Source of the DNA: Macrostomum lignano
Taxonomy: Eukaryota
Direction: 5' to 3'
NCBI GenBank assembly: GCA_002269645.1
Contig: NIVC01001872.1
Location: 4,823-68,822 of the forward strand
DNA: 64,000 bases
Part shown: positions 1 to 23,299 of the stretch, in pieces
Position numbering within the stretch: the stretch's first letter is position 1
Layout: each line of letters starts with the position of its first letter
Notes under the pieces: generated by a model
Database searches by the model: none
Seen by the model: the letters and a program-made list of their open reading frames with translations, nothing else
What the model was told of the DNA's origin: nothing
Translations under genes and position numbers: made by a program

Positions 1-302
1 GACCGAGCTGCAGTCCGAGAGAGGGGAGGGAGGAGTCTCGACGCGACCTTCTGAATCGAGACAGGCCAAGGGAAGAAAAGGATGGATAAAGTTTTTTTAT
101 ATTCACTTAAATGGCCCATTTGTGGCGGCTGCGGTTCTTTCATTTTAGCGAAAGACTTTGCAAAGAAATTGTACAAATGGAATGGAAACTTCAATTTGCA
201 GATTCGCTCGTAAAGTACGCCACGCTTATGACGCCTTGTGAAAGTTCATTCATTTAAGCTCCCTGTGGCTATTGGAATGTACCGAATAACATTTACAAAA
301 AA

Positions 303-600
303 GGGGTTGTAGCCTAGTGGTTGGAGCGTCGGACCCACGACTGAAAGGTCGGGGGTTCGATTCTTGACCGAATCAGAACAGTTAGTGTCCTTGAGCAACA
401 ATACACTTGATTCTGCTTTACTCCAGTTCACACCAGCTGTAAAATGGGTTGTCAGCATTAGCTGGGGTAATTGAGGGTGTGTGTGGCGACCCCCCAGTCC
501 TTGGACTGAACAGCCGTACGCAGCCTTCAGATGCGCCGCGCAATAGCTGCGGCTGAGCTGTCGGTTGCACATCTGTTATTATTAATATTTACAAAGAGTA
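303..600 (+). mobile_element. tRNA-derived SINE with CORE/Deu-like central domain
   Basis: tRNA-like head with A box TAGCCTAGTGG (310-320) and B box GGTTCGATTC (354-363) but no complete cloverleaf. Followed by GTGTCCTTGAGCAA and CTCCAGTTCACACCAGCTGTAAAATGGGT, which resemble conserved SINE central domains, then an AT-rich tail. The 3' end is approximate. Confidence 0.6.
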
Positions 601-917
601 TACAAAATGTTTTTGAGAAATTATTCTTAAAATATACATTGAGCAGCGTAATAAAAAACCACAATGGGCAAAAAATTGATATAAAACTTGTTTATTTGAG
701 ATTCAATTATTAAAAAACGCAAAATTTCATAGAAAATTTTCGTACCGTAGTGGTAGACACAGTGTCCCTATACATTATTGAGCTGTTCTGTGTGAGGCAG
801 AATTAAATTTAAAAAATTCAATGGTAACCACTTTGCTTTCAGTTATTCTAAAGTAGTGAAGAAGGAACTACAGAGAAAAAATATTTGGTTTTGTATTTCT
901 TTACTGGTCATTGCCTC

Positions 918-3900
918 TCAGACCTGGTAACGCACGGTCACCCTCTGCAGCTGGTTCACCATAATGTCCTTGCTGTCCGATTGGGTCCTGCGCTGCTGGT
1001 AGCGCGGCACTCGAGACCAATCAAAGTAGGTGAACTCCATGGGCGTCTTGCGCTGACGCCGCTGCTCGTAGGCGGCCTCGATTGAGTCGAAGGTCTGCTG
1101 AGGGCTGCGCGAGGAAACAGTGTGGTTCTCTGTGTTGCTGCCGTGTCAAGGGGCAAAAAATTTCAGGATTCAGTAGAACTTTTCAGTGGCTTTAGCACCA
1201 GGGGCTTTAGCATCAGAGGCTTTAGCACCAGGGGCTTTAGCATCCGGGGCTTTAGCACCAGGGACTTTAGCACCAGGGACTTTAGCACTAGGGGCTTTAG
1301 CATCAGAGGCTTTAGCACCAGGGGCTTTAGCATCAGGGGCTTTAGCACCAGGGGCTTTAGCACCAGAGGCTTTAGTACCAGGGGCTTTAGCACCAGGGGC
1401 TTTAGCATCAGGGGCTTTAGCACCAGGGACTTTAGCACCAGGGACTTTAGCACCAGGGGCTTTAGCATCAGAGGCTTTAGCACAAGGGACTTTAGCACCA
1501 GGGGCTTTAGCACCAGGGACTTTAGCACCACGGGCTTTAGCATCAGAGGCTTTAGCACCAGGGGCTTTAGCATCAGGGGCTTTAGCACCAGGGGCTTTAG
1601 CACCAGAGGCTTTAGTACCAGGGGCTTTAGCACCAGGGGCTTTAGCACCAGAGGCTTTAGTACCAGGGGCTTTAGCACCAGGGGCTTTAGTATCAGGGGC
1701 TTTAGCACCAGGGAATTTAGCACCAGGGACTTTAGCACCAGGGGCTTTAGCATCAGAGGCTTTAGCACCAGGGACTTTAGCACCAGGGGCTTTAGCATCA
1801 GAGGCTTTAGCACCAGGGACTTTAGCATCAGGGGCTTTAGCATCAGAGGCTTTAGCACCAGGGAATTTAGCACCAGGGGCTTTAGCATCAGGGGCTTTAG
1901 CACCAGGGGCTTTAGCATCAGGGGCTTTAGCACCAGGGGCTTTAGCACCAGAGGCTTTAGTACCAGGGGCTTTAGCACCAGGGGCTTTAGCACCAGAGGC
2001 TTTAGTACCAGGGACTTTAGCACCAGTGGCGCCAGCACCAGTGGCACCAGCACCAGTGGCGCCAGCACCAGTGGCGCCAGCACCAGGGGCTTTAGCGCCA
2101 GGGGCGCCAGCACCAGGGGCGCCAGCACCAGGGGCGCCAGCACCAGTGGCGCCAGCACCAGGGGCTGTAGATGCATAGACATAATAGCTCATAACTTAAT
2201 TTCAAAGAATGTACTTTGTAATAGATTACAGTGGCCTTTCCTGCACTTAAGCGAACGAGTGACGCTAAAAATTTAGATTTAAGGTTTTACTTAAATTGCC
2301 TGAGAGCTCAGAGCAGCCAACTCACATCATTGATCTGTCGATTTCCGCTTTTCCACCACCATCCTGTTTGATCGCTTTAGCCGCCCCGGCGCTGGTATCG
2401 GCTGGACATCCTCTGGTCTCCACGCGGCTGCCGAAGGCCAGCCGGTCCCGCACCAGCTGATTGTCGGTGTCGAACAGGCGCTGCGCTCTCATGCGCTCGT
2501 TGAATGTGATCTCTGCGAGCGTTTGTGATAATAATGTAATGATTTAGGTTGCGGTAGCGTTGTAGGGTAGGCCCACGATAATAGCGCGTCCCGTGGTACT
2601 TCTGGTTATTCTGCTGACTCCTAAACACGCTCACACTAGGTGTACACACGCGGCCCTGACTTTCTAATCTTCAGGCATGTACACTTTCTGTGCCTTGGAG
2701 ATCGACCCTCATGGATGGCTGTGAATCGTGCGACAATCATCTGGCCAATTTTTAAGCACACAAGCCCCAAATGAAGTGTGGCCGCCCACGGAATCGAAAC
2801 ATGATTATCGCTAAACTGATCTGACTCTTGTTAGGAAGTTCTTTCAAACTTTAAGACTACATGCTGTGAGGGTACATTTTTGTTGTAAAACAAAAACAAC
2901 AAAAAAACAAAAATTTTGTAAAACAAAAGCTTAAAAACCTCCGTATCATTGCGTCGTCGAAGTCTTGATTTGTAGAACTATATCGAAGCTACAATACTTT
3001 GCTCAAGCATACGGTACAATTGAAAATTTACTCGGTTTGAAAGTTTCTTCAAAATACGAGTCCAATTATACGCCATTTTCTGCCAAGATATCACTAAAAT
3101 TATTCGTAAGTAGTATACGTTGATTCCACATGAGTTACAAGTATATACGAGTATAACAATATCTCCTCGTATAGATACGTTTTACGTTTCGTTTTCAGTG
3201 GCCTCGGATTATCTTAATCTATAGTCGTTATAAAGGCATGCTCACATTTAAATCAAGAGTTCTCATTCTCAAGGCCACTCACCGTGTCTATCCAGCACCT
3301 TGACCGACGGCAGGTGGAAGATGACGTAATCGCGATAGTGCTTCTCTTGGGCTACCGGATTGTCGAACAGAGCTGCATGGTGTTGAAATGTGTGGGAGTG
3401 AGTCAAGTGGTAAGCGATACTCATTAGTATTTTAGGGCGAGAATATACATGCATATCAGCACTGTCAATTTAATATCATATGAGTCTGGTGGTAGCGTGA
3501 AAAGATTCACAACAGTTGAAAAAGCATGCTAAATGCTACTAAGATCATATTCTTAACGATCCCTGACGCTTACATTCTCAACTCCCTGACGCTTACTTTC
3601 TCAACTCCCTGATGCTCATATTCTCAACTCCCTGACGCTTACTTTCTCAACTCCCTGATGCTCATATTCTCAACTCCCTGATGCTCATATTCTCAACTCC
3701 CTGACGCTTATATTCTCAACTCCCTGACGCTTATATTCTCAACTCCCTGATGCTCATATTCTCAACTCTCTGATGCTCATCTTCTCAACTCCCTTATGCT
3801 TATATTCTCAACTCCCTGATCCTCATATTCTCAACTCCCTGATGCTCATATTCTCAACTCCCTGATGCTCATATTCTCAACTCCCTGATGCTCATATTCT

Positions 3901-6274
3901 CAACTCCCTGATGCTTATATTCTCAACTCCCTGACGCTTATATTCTCAACTCCCTGATGCTCATATTCTCAACTCCCTGATGCTTATATTCTCAACTCCC
4001 TGATGCTTATATTCTCAACTCCCTGATCCTCATATTCTCAACTCCCTGATGCTCATATTCTCAACTCCCTGATGCTCATATTCTCAACTCCCTGATGCTT
4101 ATATTCTCAACTCCCTGACGCTTATATTCTCAACTCCCTGATGCTCATATTCTCAACTCCCTGATGCTCATATTCTCAACTCCCTGATGCTCATATTCTC
4201 AATCCCTGATGCTCATATTCTCAACTCCCTGATGCTTATATTCTCAACTCCCTGATGCTCATATTCTCAACTCTCTGATGCTTATATTCTCAACTCCCTG
4301 ATGCTTATATTCTCAACTCCCTGATGCTTATATTCTCAACTCCCTGATGCTCATATTCTCAACTCCCTGATGCTTATATTCTCAACTCCCTGGTGCTTAT
4401 ATTCTCAACTCCCTGATGCTCATATTCTCAACTCCCTGATGCTCATATTCTCAACTCCCTGATGCTTATATTCTCAACTCCCTGATGCTTATATTCTCAA
4501 CTCCCTGATGCTCATTTTCTCAACTCCCTGATGCTCATATTCTCAACTCCCTGATGCTCATATTCTCAACTCCCTGATGCTCATATTCTCAACTCCCTGA
4601 TGCTCATATTCTCAACTCCCTGATGCTCATATTCTCAACTCCCTGATGCTCATATTCTCAACTCCCTGATGCTCATATTCTCAATCCCTGATGCTCATAT
4701 TCTCAACTCCCTGATGCTTATATTCTCAACTCCCTGATGCTCATATTCTCAACTCCCTGATGCTTATATTCTTAACTCCCTGATGCTTATATTCTCAACT
4801 CCCTGATGCTTATATTCTCAACTCCCTGATGCTTATATTCTCAACTCCCTGATGCTCATATTCTCAACTCCCTGATGCTTATATTCTTAACTCCCTGATG
4901 CTTATATTCTCAACTCCCTGATGCTTATATTCTCAACTCCCTGATGCTTATATTCTCAACTCCCTGATGCTCATATTCTCAACTCCCTGATGCTTATATT
5001 CTCAACTCCCTGACGCTTATATTCTCAACTCCCTGATGCTCATATTCTCAACTCCCTGATGCTCATATTCTTGGTAACTGTGATGCTTAATTGGTGCTGT
5101 AAAAATGTTTAATTTGTTGTGCAGGTGATCGAGTTACATGGAATAAACGAAGGGCATATAGAGTAACATGAGTGTGAATTTTATACGAGTTCGATAAAAA
5201 TGAACACTTATTATATAACTTGAAAGGTGAACTTGAATTGTACTTACTGATTTTTTCTAAACACTGGAATATTTTACAGGATTTATGGTTGGAAATTCAG
5301 AATATTGTAATGCTTCAAATTTAAACTATAACAAGTTAAGAACTACTGGAAACTTTTCTTAACAGCTATACTGGTACTTACTCAAAGTCTGCAATCCCTG
5401 CATATTCTTCAGCTCCTGCACGACTTCCTCAACTTTGCTCAGCTGATTGTTGTGCAGCAAGAGAGTTTTGAGTCCTGTAAGCTGTCCCAATGAGCCACTG
5501 ATGCTGATCAGCTTGTTGTTGTGCAGGTACAAGTCCCCTAGCCGAAGGTTGTCTTTCAAACAGTCCACTTTTAACAGCTGAAATTTTCAGGCAGTGATTT
5601 TCATCACACGGGTCTAAAACTAGCTGTAATAATTTTAAACAAGACACCAGAAATGTACTCACCCTGTTGCCATTAAGCCACACTGCTTGAAGATTAGGGA
5701 AGCAATGAAGTGATGGAATCGTTCCCAATGATCTGAAGTACGAAATATATGTAGCTAAAATTTCGTTTTATAAAATCAGTACCTGCATCAATATGGATAC
5801 TGACTGAGAAACTATCATAAGTAAAGCCTATAAGAAAGACTCACAGTTTTCCTAGATAAAGTTCTTCGACCTCAAACAAGCGCATTACATGCTGACTCTT
5901 CATTTGATTTTGAAGGTTCTAAAAGAAAAAATTCCGTATTCGAATATATAGGTCTACCAATATTGTGCAATAAATTTAAGTTTTAAGAACAAAATTGAAT
6001 AGCGAGCTATTAAAGTAGAAATATGAGTTGCTACAAACTGTCAAAACATAAAAAAGGACACAAATTGGAACCAATTTTACGCTAATTTGACGGATAAATT
6101 CAAGTGATGAGATGATAAAATAAAAGCTAGGTAATTATTCGGACGGCTACTTAATTTTTTTATTGCGATTCTTTTTTAAGTTACGCTCGTATACTCGTCT
6201 ATCGCTCTCGACACGAGTTGCTAGGCTGGGCTTACCTGGTGCAAAGATGGATTCGCTTCTAATATGTGTTCCAT
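918..6274 (-). CDS. LRRC72: Leucine-rich repeat-containing protein 72; 7 exons (6236-6274, 5845-5918, 5663-5732, 5382-5577, 3283-3372, 2326-2512, 918-1137), 291 aa
   Basis: All junctions are GT-AG and phase-consistent; total 876 nt ending in TGA at 918-920. Translation gives LRRs (LQAVWLNGNR, LGDLYLHNNKL, LKTLLLHNNQL), an LRRcap (LFDNPV...YRDYVIFHLPSVKVLDRHEIT) and C-terminal LAFGSRV and MEFTYFDWSRVP, matching my recollection of LRRC72 (IAFGGKV, MTLTSMNWDTVP). Confidence 0.9.
1190..2165. repeat. 15-bp minisatellite (GGGGCTTTAGCACCA)n in the last LRRC72 intron
   Basis: About 65 tandem units, with a variant unit (GGCGCCAGCACCAGT) at the right end. Lies inside intron 1138-2325. Confidence 0.95.
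3560..5070. repeat. 23-bp minisatellite (TTCTCAACTCCCTGATGCTCATA)n in an LRRC72 intron
   Basis: Period 23 read directly (e.g. 3601 vs 3624); about 65 units. Confidence 0.95.
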
Positions 6275-6845
6275 TATATAGCTGTTGAAAAAGGCTCTTG
6301 TTCAAATTTTCAGCTTCCAATTTCGGGTAAGTTTAATAACATCAATGTAATATATTTTACAGATATAAATTTTCTACCAGCTGCTTGAAAATCAAATCGT
6401 AGCTGTGTTGCTACTGAATACAATTTTATACGTCTAAAACAGTAACTTAAATGAAGTTAAAAACAAACAAACATATACCTTACTAAGAAATTTACACAGT
6501 TTGACATACCTACCAGAAAGAGTTATCAAACTTTGATTTACCAATAGTTTCTACGAAAGTAATGTAATAATTTTTAGAAGTAAAAACTCGATAGAACCAG
6601 GTCGAAATCGGCATGTTGATGTAGTGAGTTTCACTTTTAAAAGGAGGTATTTTTTATACTGATAAGTTCTTTGTATTTCATATTAAGAGTGATCTGTGAT
6701 TGTAAAGTAATTTTTCGCTGTTCACTCCTATCACTAGGTCTATCCATCAACTAGGTCGTTGACTCGATAGCCTCAATATTTGTTTTTGTAAATTTTGCTT
6801 GAACTTCAAGATTCAAGAAAGTGGTTGCTGATTAACTTTTCAAAA
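6275..6845. promoter_or_regulatory. Probable bidirectional promoter region between LRRC72 and CLINT1
   Basis: Divergent predicted start codons at 6274 (minus) and 6846 (plus) are separated by only 571 bp. No specific motif was called. Confidence 0.5.
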
Positions 6846-16865
<10,020 letters not shown>

Positions 16866-17419
16866 CGGCTGCCCCTGACTGAGTCGCACTGGAATTATTG
16901 ATATGAATTTATATTAGAATTACTCAATATTGAATGAGCATCTGGTCACTGCTGTGTTTTGTTTACTGCTTGTCTCCGGCTGTCAAAATCACCTCGCAAC
17001 TGCTACTCACAGTACTCACAATACCTGTCTGACCTTCCAGTGTCCCTGCTGTTATTAATGCACTGACTGTTGTGACTGCCCAGTTCAGTATATAAAGTGC
17101 ATCTGACTACTGTGAGTAGCTTTGCTTTAAATGAAACCAAATAAATTTATTCCAATGCTGCTTTTGTTAGTCTTCATTTCGATGGGTATTAAATGTACTT
17201 TTATTTATTGCTGTCTGTTAGTTGAAACTGCTGTCAATTTAAATTTGTTTTACTGCACCAGAGTAAATTCATTATTGATGAGGTCAGTGATTTCAGTTAT
17301 GTCTGTCAGTTGAGTTTAAACCGACCAATCTGCACAGATGCAAACTGCCTGATCTGGTGCTGCTGCCTGCTTTGTTCTGGTTTTTATTTTTTGTTTTACT
17401 GGTCTGGCCACTTAGTCAG

Positions 17420-18010
17420 CTAAAACTCCCACTCACTCAGCTAAAAATCCACAAACTCAGCTAAAAATGCCACTCACTCAGCTAAAAATCCACTCACTCA
17501 GCTAAAAATCCACTCACTCAGCTAAAAATCCACTCACTCAGCTAAAAATCCCACTCACTCAGCTAAAAATCCACTCACTCAGCTAAAACTCTCACTCACT
17601 CAGCTAAAAATCCACTCACTCAGCTAAAAATCCACAAACTCAGCTAAAAATGCCACTCACTCAGCTAAAAATCCACTCAATCAGCTAAAAATCTCACTCG
17701 GCTAGGCTGAAAATGTCACTCACTTAGCTAAAAATCCACTCACTCAGCTAAAAATGCCACTAACTCAGCTAAAAATCCACCCACTCAGCTAAAAATCCAC
17801 TCACTCAGCTAAAAATGCCACTCACTCAGCTAAAAATGCCACTCTCCCAGCTAAAAATCTCACTCACTAGGCTAGGCTAAAAATGCCACTCACTCAGCTA
17901 AAAATCTCACTCACTCAGCTAAAAATCCACTCACTCAGCTAAAAATCCACAAACTCAGCTAAAAATTCCACTCACTCAGCTAAAAGTCCCAATCACTCAG
18001 CTAAAATCCC
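17420..18010. repeat. About 20-bp minisatellite (CCACTCACTCAGCTAAAAAT)n
   Basis: About 28 units with 20-21 bp variants, downstream of the CLINT1 stop. Confidence 0.93.
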
Positions 18011-18639
18011 AATCCATGTATTTCTGTTTCCCACTGTCGTCTCAGTCGCTGCTGAAGCCTTCAACCCAGGTGTTATTTTATTCAATCAGAGCTCAGCCTC
18101 TGTCTCAGGCTGATGGATTCCATCTGCTTATCAATGCTGCTCAGCCTTAGTGTCTCAGGCTGATGGATTCCATCTGCTTATCAATGCTGTTCAGCTTTTA
18201 GCAGTCATGCAGTTCTGCTGTTATTCACCTGTCAGAACAACTTTGCTTGGGACCCTGCATCCGTGATGGAGATGAACTGCTTAATGACTCTGAGGTGGAT
18301 TTGAATTATCAAAGACAATCAGAAATGCCATTTTAGTGCTGCACACCATGCTTATGCAATAAGTATTGTCTCATTAGTGTAACTCTGATACAGGTTTGTT
18401 GTAATGAACCGTATTTTTATTTACATTGTGGAATGAATATGTTTTAAATTTTAATTTTAATTGTCTAGTAGATTATTGATCCTTTTTAGTTATTTAAGAT
18501 TTTATTAATAACCAAATACATGAGTTCCTGCAGTCGGATGGCATCTGTTATAACGCTAGCGAACAACGCTATCTACTCTTGTGATTTGCATAATTTCATT
18601 TGTAATATTAGCTAATAGATGGACAGGCAGCCTGTAATC

Positions 18640-18738
18640 TAGTCAGACAGCATCACAGATCTAGTCAGACACCATCACAGATCTAGTCAGACACCATCTC
18701 AGATCTAGTCAGACACCATCACAGATCTAGTCAGACAC
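18640..18738. repeat. 22-bp repeat (ATCTAGTCAGACACCATCACAG) x4-5
   Basis: Direct reading; a related pair of units lies at about 21978-22020. Confidence 0.85.
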
Positions 18739-18799
18739 TTTTGCTTTAATCACCGGCTCAACTGCTAGTCCTTCCAGCTGATTCTGTAGTTCGGCCCGC

Positions 18800-21700
18800 T
18801 ACTCGGTTTTGCGGGTACCAGTATCCCATAGCAATTTGGGTTGTCTCCTGCAGTCTCTGTCGATCCTGACTGCACAGAACTTTTGACTAGGCATCAGGAA
18901 GTAGGAGCGACAACCTTGTTCTGACAGTTCTGCCAAACAACACTTCCGAAGGCGTCTTGCCCGTTGTGCTGTGCGGTGTCGTCCTAGCACGCCACAGAAA
19001 GTTTGAAAGCTGTTTTAGCATGTCAGGATCATTGGAAGCTTTTAAAGCCTTTTTGACTTGCTTGAGCATGTTTTCTGCCAAGCCATTTGATCTCGGATGT
19101 CCAGGGCTGCTCAGCGAATGCCGGATTCCAGTTTGCCTAAGGAACTCCTTAAATTGGTAGAATGTAAACAGAGAGCCATTGTCCGAGTGAAGCACTCGAC
19201 ACAATCAAAGTCTTGCGAAAATCTGCCCTAGACACCGAACTGTTCTCCGACGTCGCATTCTTCATTGAAACCACTTCGGGAAATTTACTCGTTGCATCAG
19301 CAACCACCAGAAACATCCATGATCTGTATGGCCCTAAGAAATCTGTGATTCCGAGTCCACGGAGTAGTTGGCCAGGTCAGTGCGCTCAATGGTGCTTCAG
19401 GAGTGCTTGACCTCTGCAGCTGACATCCGCGACAATTGCTTACACTGTCCTCAATGTCTTGATCGATTCTCGGCCACCAGCAGTGCATCCTCGCCCTTGA
19501 CTTTGTAAGCACAATGTCTAGGTGTCAGTGCCTCGTGCCAGTCTGCAGAGCTCGGCAGTAATAATCACATGCATCCCAAGCAGCAGTACACCACAGAAAA
19601 TTCCGAGTTCATGTCTCTTGTCATAGTATGGCTTCAGTTCTGTCCTGATATCAGCTTCTTGCCATCCCTGTTTGCAAAGTATCAGCACTTGCTTCAACAC
19701 CGGATCCTTCACAGTTGCTGTCGCAATGGTATCCGCCTGCACTGGCAATCTGCTGATCATCACCTGCTGAACTTCATCACCTTCGGTTTCACATGCCGTT
19801 CCTGCTTTCTCTGGCAGTCTCAACAAACCACTCGCATTGCAGTGACGGTCTGTTGGCCTGAACTTGATTTCATACAAATGAGCGCCTAGAAACATCGCCC
19901 ATCGTTGCAAATGACTTGATGCCACAGACGGCACTGGTCTCTTGAGATTCTAGACAAAGGTCAAGGTGAAGCACCAAATTCTAGCTTCATCTTCTTGGAC
20001 GGATCATAGTGAGTTAGCACCTTGCTTGAGGTAAGTTGACCTTTGACTTGCTTGAACACGGATTCGTACTCGGCTGGCCAGTCGAAATCTTCTTCTTATC
20101 GAAGTCGCAAGTGAAAGCAGTGTTTCAGAGTAGCCAGATTCTGAATGAAATTCCCATAGTAATTTACCAGTCCAATCCAAGCCCTCAGCTCGGACACGTT
20201 ACGTGGGCGTGGAACCTCGTGGGTAGCTCTGATCTTGTCCTCAGTTGGGTGGATTCCCTTTTCGTCTTGAAATTGACTTGAAATCCGCACAGATTCTCAC
20301 CGATTTGCTGTCCGTCTTAAGTAATGGTACAATTTGAGTAGCCCAGTCCGAATGAGTAATTGGTATGATGACACCCTGCTTCTCCAGGCGTTTCAGCTCA
20401 GTCTCCACTAGTGGTTTCAGGGCGAATGACATCGTGCGAGCTCTGCAAAATGTTGGCTTGCTCCCTTCCTTGATCTTGATCGTAGCCTTCACTCCTGTTA
20501 TTTGGCCAATGTGTTCGTTGAAAACGTCTGAGTAGGTACGCAGAATCCCGTCCAGCTGACTGTTCTCCGGATCCGATACAACGTTTTTCTCTGCGCTTCG
20601 CGTTCCGAGGATCTGACTCGAAGTTAGTTCAAGACACCCTGTCGCATCCAGTCTCTTCCAAGTAATTTGAACCATTGTTTGACACAGCAAGTATCGAAAG
20701 TTTTGCAACCTTACCTAGGTACTCTACGAAAACACTACATTCACCCTTGGCCGCAATTTCTCTACCAAGGCAATGACTGTGCTTGGTATCACTCGGCTTT
20801 AAGTCTAGTCCGAGCGACTCTGCTGTCTCATCATCCAGGATGTTCCTTTCAGCCCCCGTGTCGACTTCAAAGTGAACCGGCTTTTTGTTAATCAAAACTT
20901 CTCCGAAGTAAGCGGGGTTGCTTCTGTTAAATACCCGATTATTGCTTGGTGGTGATGCCCTGGCTCCGTAACCTGCTTGTTGCGAAATCCTTTCAGAGCC
21001 ACGGTAGATGTTCCTTCTTTCGACACTTCTTGCACTTTTTAATACGATGTGGGCAAGCATTTCTCAAGTGATCTGGGTCAGAGCAACGGTAGCACCTACG
21101 AGTAAATGTTGGCTTCTCCTTGTTCCTTCTCTGAATTAGCGCGTCTCAGTAGCGCGTCGAAAAGCCGGCTTCTGCTTCTGGAGCTGGTCGCTTTGAGTGT
21201 CAACTCTGTTGAGCGTTTTTGTACGCATTCTCAATGACCTAGGCCTCCTCAACTGCGCAACTTTGAATGTCAAGCCGTCCCTTAACAAATCCATGAGCAA
21301 TATAGCTCATTTGCGAGGTAAACTGGTGCCGGAATGCAGTCAGTAGCTCCTCGTAGGAATTGTTGTTATACTTTTCGTATTATGCTTTTAAAAAACCGTG
21401 ATGCTCAAAGAGCGCTCTTGAATTGTTAAGTTCTTTTGGAGCTCTTGGGCTCTCAGCTTTTTTCAAATTTATTATTTATGTTTAAGAGAGTCGAGCTCTA
21501 CTGGCTCAAGCAGCCGTTAGCTGCCTACACAGCCATAGACAAAAATGAACTGAATTACGCTCGAAAATACAAGTGAAGCTCGCAATAAGTTTGCTGTGCT
21601 CAACCCACAGCAATTGTCTTTCCTCAGAATTAAGTCAGCCTCTTCTCCGATCACGGTCAGCAGGTTGGCCTTTTTATCAGCGCCGTCAGTGACTTTCTTG

Positions 21701-21960
21701 ACCGCAAGAAAACGCTCCAACCGCTCCTCGTACGCCTCCCAGTTCCGAGGGTTGCTGCAGTTGAATGGTTCGATAACAGGCCTAGTCGCCACTGTTTTTG
21801 TTTTTATGTCGTATTTTGTCGGAGCTAGTCTATTGTAAAAACAAACACGTAGGCTCGAAGCCTAACGGACAAAAATAGTAAAATGAATATTAAAAAGCCC
21901 GCAGCTTTCTGGGTACTTTAGCTCCCGCTAAGTCCGTGTTTAGACCATAAACATAAAAGT
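18800..21960 (-). mobile_element. Ty3/gypsy LTR retrotransposon, internally deleted and frameshifted
   Basis: PBS-like TGGCGAC at the gag start (ends 21792). Gag WEAYEERLERFL, CCHC CYRCSDPDHLRNAC, protease FEVDTGA, RT N-terminus (VRICADFK) with the core deleted, RT thumb (ELRAWIGLVNYY), integrase HHCC (WWPRIDQDIEDSVSNCRGC) and core (SDNGS...PGHPRSNGLAE). No 3' LTR found. Confidence 0.9.
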
Positions 21961-22009
21961 GCATACGTCACACACACATCCAGTCAAATACCATCACAGA
22001 TCCAGTCAG

Positions 22010-22669
22010 ATGCCATCACGCCAAACCCCCACACCGCCACCCCAGGAGGACCCAGTCCAGTTCCGCGACCTTCACCACTTTGGCTGCTACTACAGCCTGG
22101 AGGACATTCTGGCTACAGGCGAGCGGCTCAAGTGCGTCACCGGTGACGCGCTGCCCCGCCTGGCCGGGCTGGAGGTGGGCGGCGGTCACTCGGACGAAGA
22201 CCTGCCGGCCGGAGTGAAGATCGAGCTGCCCTTATTCATGGTGTCGCACGTGTTTGTGCGCCTTCGGCAGGCCTGCTCGCTCCGCGTGGAGCCCCCGCGC
22301 TGCCTGACGGAGGCGCAGAAGAACATCTTCAGCGCTGACCCCACCGTGGTGAACCTGCGCCAGCTGTCGCCTCAGCTCTACCTGCAGGGCATGCACCTGC
22401 TGCTGCTGCCGGGGGCATCAAAACCTGACATCGCCCACACCCTGTGCAAGCTGCTCAGGGGAAGAGTCTGCGCCATCATGGACCGAGCTCTGCACTCGCC
22501 GCTAAATGAGCACTGCTCAATTGTCAACATGCTGGACGACACCGAGATGCTGTTGTTTGGCATCGGCAGGGACACCGCCAGGAAGCTGCAGTGTTGGGAC
22601 TCGGGGCGTCTGCACTCCATCACCGTGTCTGAGACTGTGCTCAGGCACCGAAAGAGGATGGAGCGGTGA
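22010..22669 (+). CDS. GINS3: GINS complex subunit 3 (Psf3), intronless, 219 aa
   Basis: YYSLEDIL, KIELPLFMV, IFSADPTVVNL, IMDRA and LDDTEMLLF...QCWDSG align with Psf3 motifs (FLSLDDIL, KLELPLWLA, VFSADPNVVDL, IMDSS, LDEMERGLF...QCWEKG). First in-frame ATG is at 22010. Confidence 0.93.
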   Translation: MPSRQTPTPPPQEDPVQFRDLHHFGCYYSLEDILATGERLKCVTGDALPRLAGLEVGGGHSDEDLPAGVKIELPLFMVSHVFVRLRQACSLRVEPPRCLTEAQKNIFSADPTVVNLRQLSPQLYLQGMHLLLLPGASKPDIAHTLCKLLRGRVCAIMDRALHSPLNEHCSIVNMLDDTEMLLFGIGRDTARKLQCWDSGRLHSITVSETVLRHRKRMER

Positions 22670-22729
22670 CCTCCTGCTACCTGTGACTTCGGCTCACCGT
22701 CTCAGGCACCTCACTGCCTCATAGACACC

Positions 22730-23068
22730 CAGCCCTCAGCCACTCAGCACTCAGACATACAGCACTCAGACACCCAGCACTCAGACACCCAGCCCTCTGA
22801 CATCCACCCTATGACACCCAGCCCTCTGACATCCACCCTATGACACCCAGCACTCACACACCCAGGCCTCAGTCACCCAGCACTCAGACACCCAGCACTC
22901 AGTCACCCAGGCCTCAGTCACCCAGTATTCTGACACCCAGCCCTCTGACACCCAGCACTCAGACATCCAGCACTCAGACACCCAGCACTCAGACATCCAG
23001 CACTCAGACACCCAGCACTCAGACACCCAAAACTCAGACACCAACCACTCAGACACCCAGCACTCAGC
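22730..23068. repeat. 15-bp minisatellite (CACTCAGACACCCAG)n
   Basis: Degenerate tandem units downstream of the GINS3 stop. Confidence 0.9.
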
Positions 23069-23299
23069 CATCAGTGGCTCCCATTGGTCAGTTTTGACCC
23101 CTTCGCAGCCAATCACTATGGCTGCAATGTACATCATGTACTTTATAAGTGCCAGTTCAAACTCACGTGGTTCTGCTCGGCTCCAGAGCGAACCCGCAAC
23201 TTGCACTGCTCTGACTCTCCTGCTGCCTGCATTTGTTCAAAGTCTGCTTGGCTCAATGAAATCCTGTTGCATGCTGGTCTGCGCGCATTTGCCAGTCTG

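Noticed and set aside
303-375. tRNA gene
   Set aside because: A/B boxes are present but I could not form an acceptor stem, and a SINE-like body follows.
1122-2276. Four 330-384 aa ORFs (GFSTR, PGAKA, LKPLV repeats)
   Set aside because: Translations of a stop-free 15-bp minisatellite lying inside a well-supported LRRC72 intron.
3560-5070. CRISPR-like array (also considered for the 23-54 bp repeats elsewhere)
   Set aside because: Units are directly adjacent with no unique spacers, there are no cas genes, and the context is eukaryotic.
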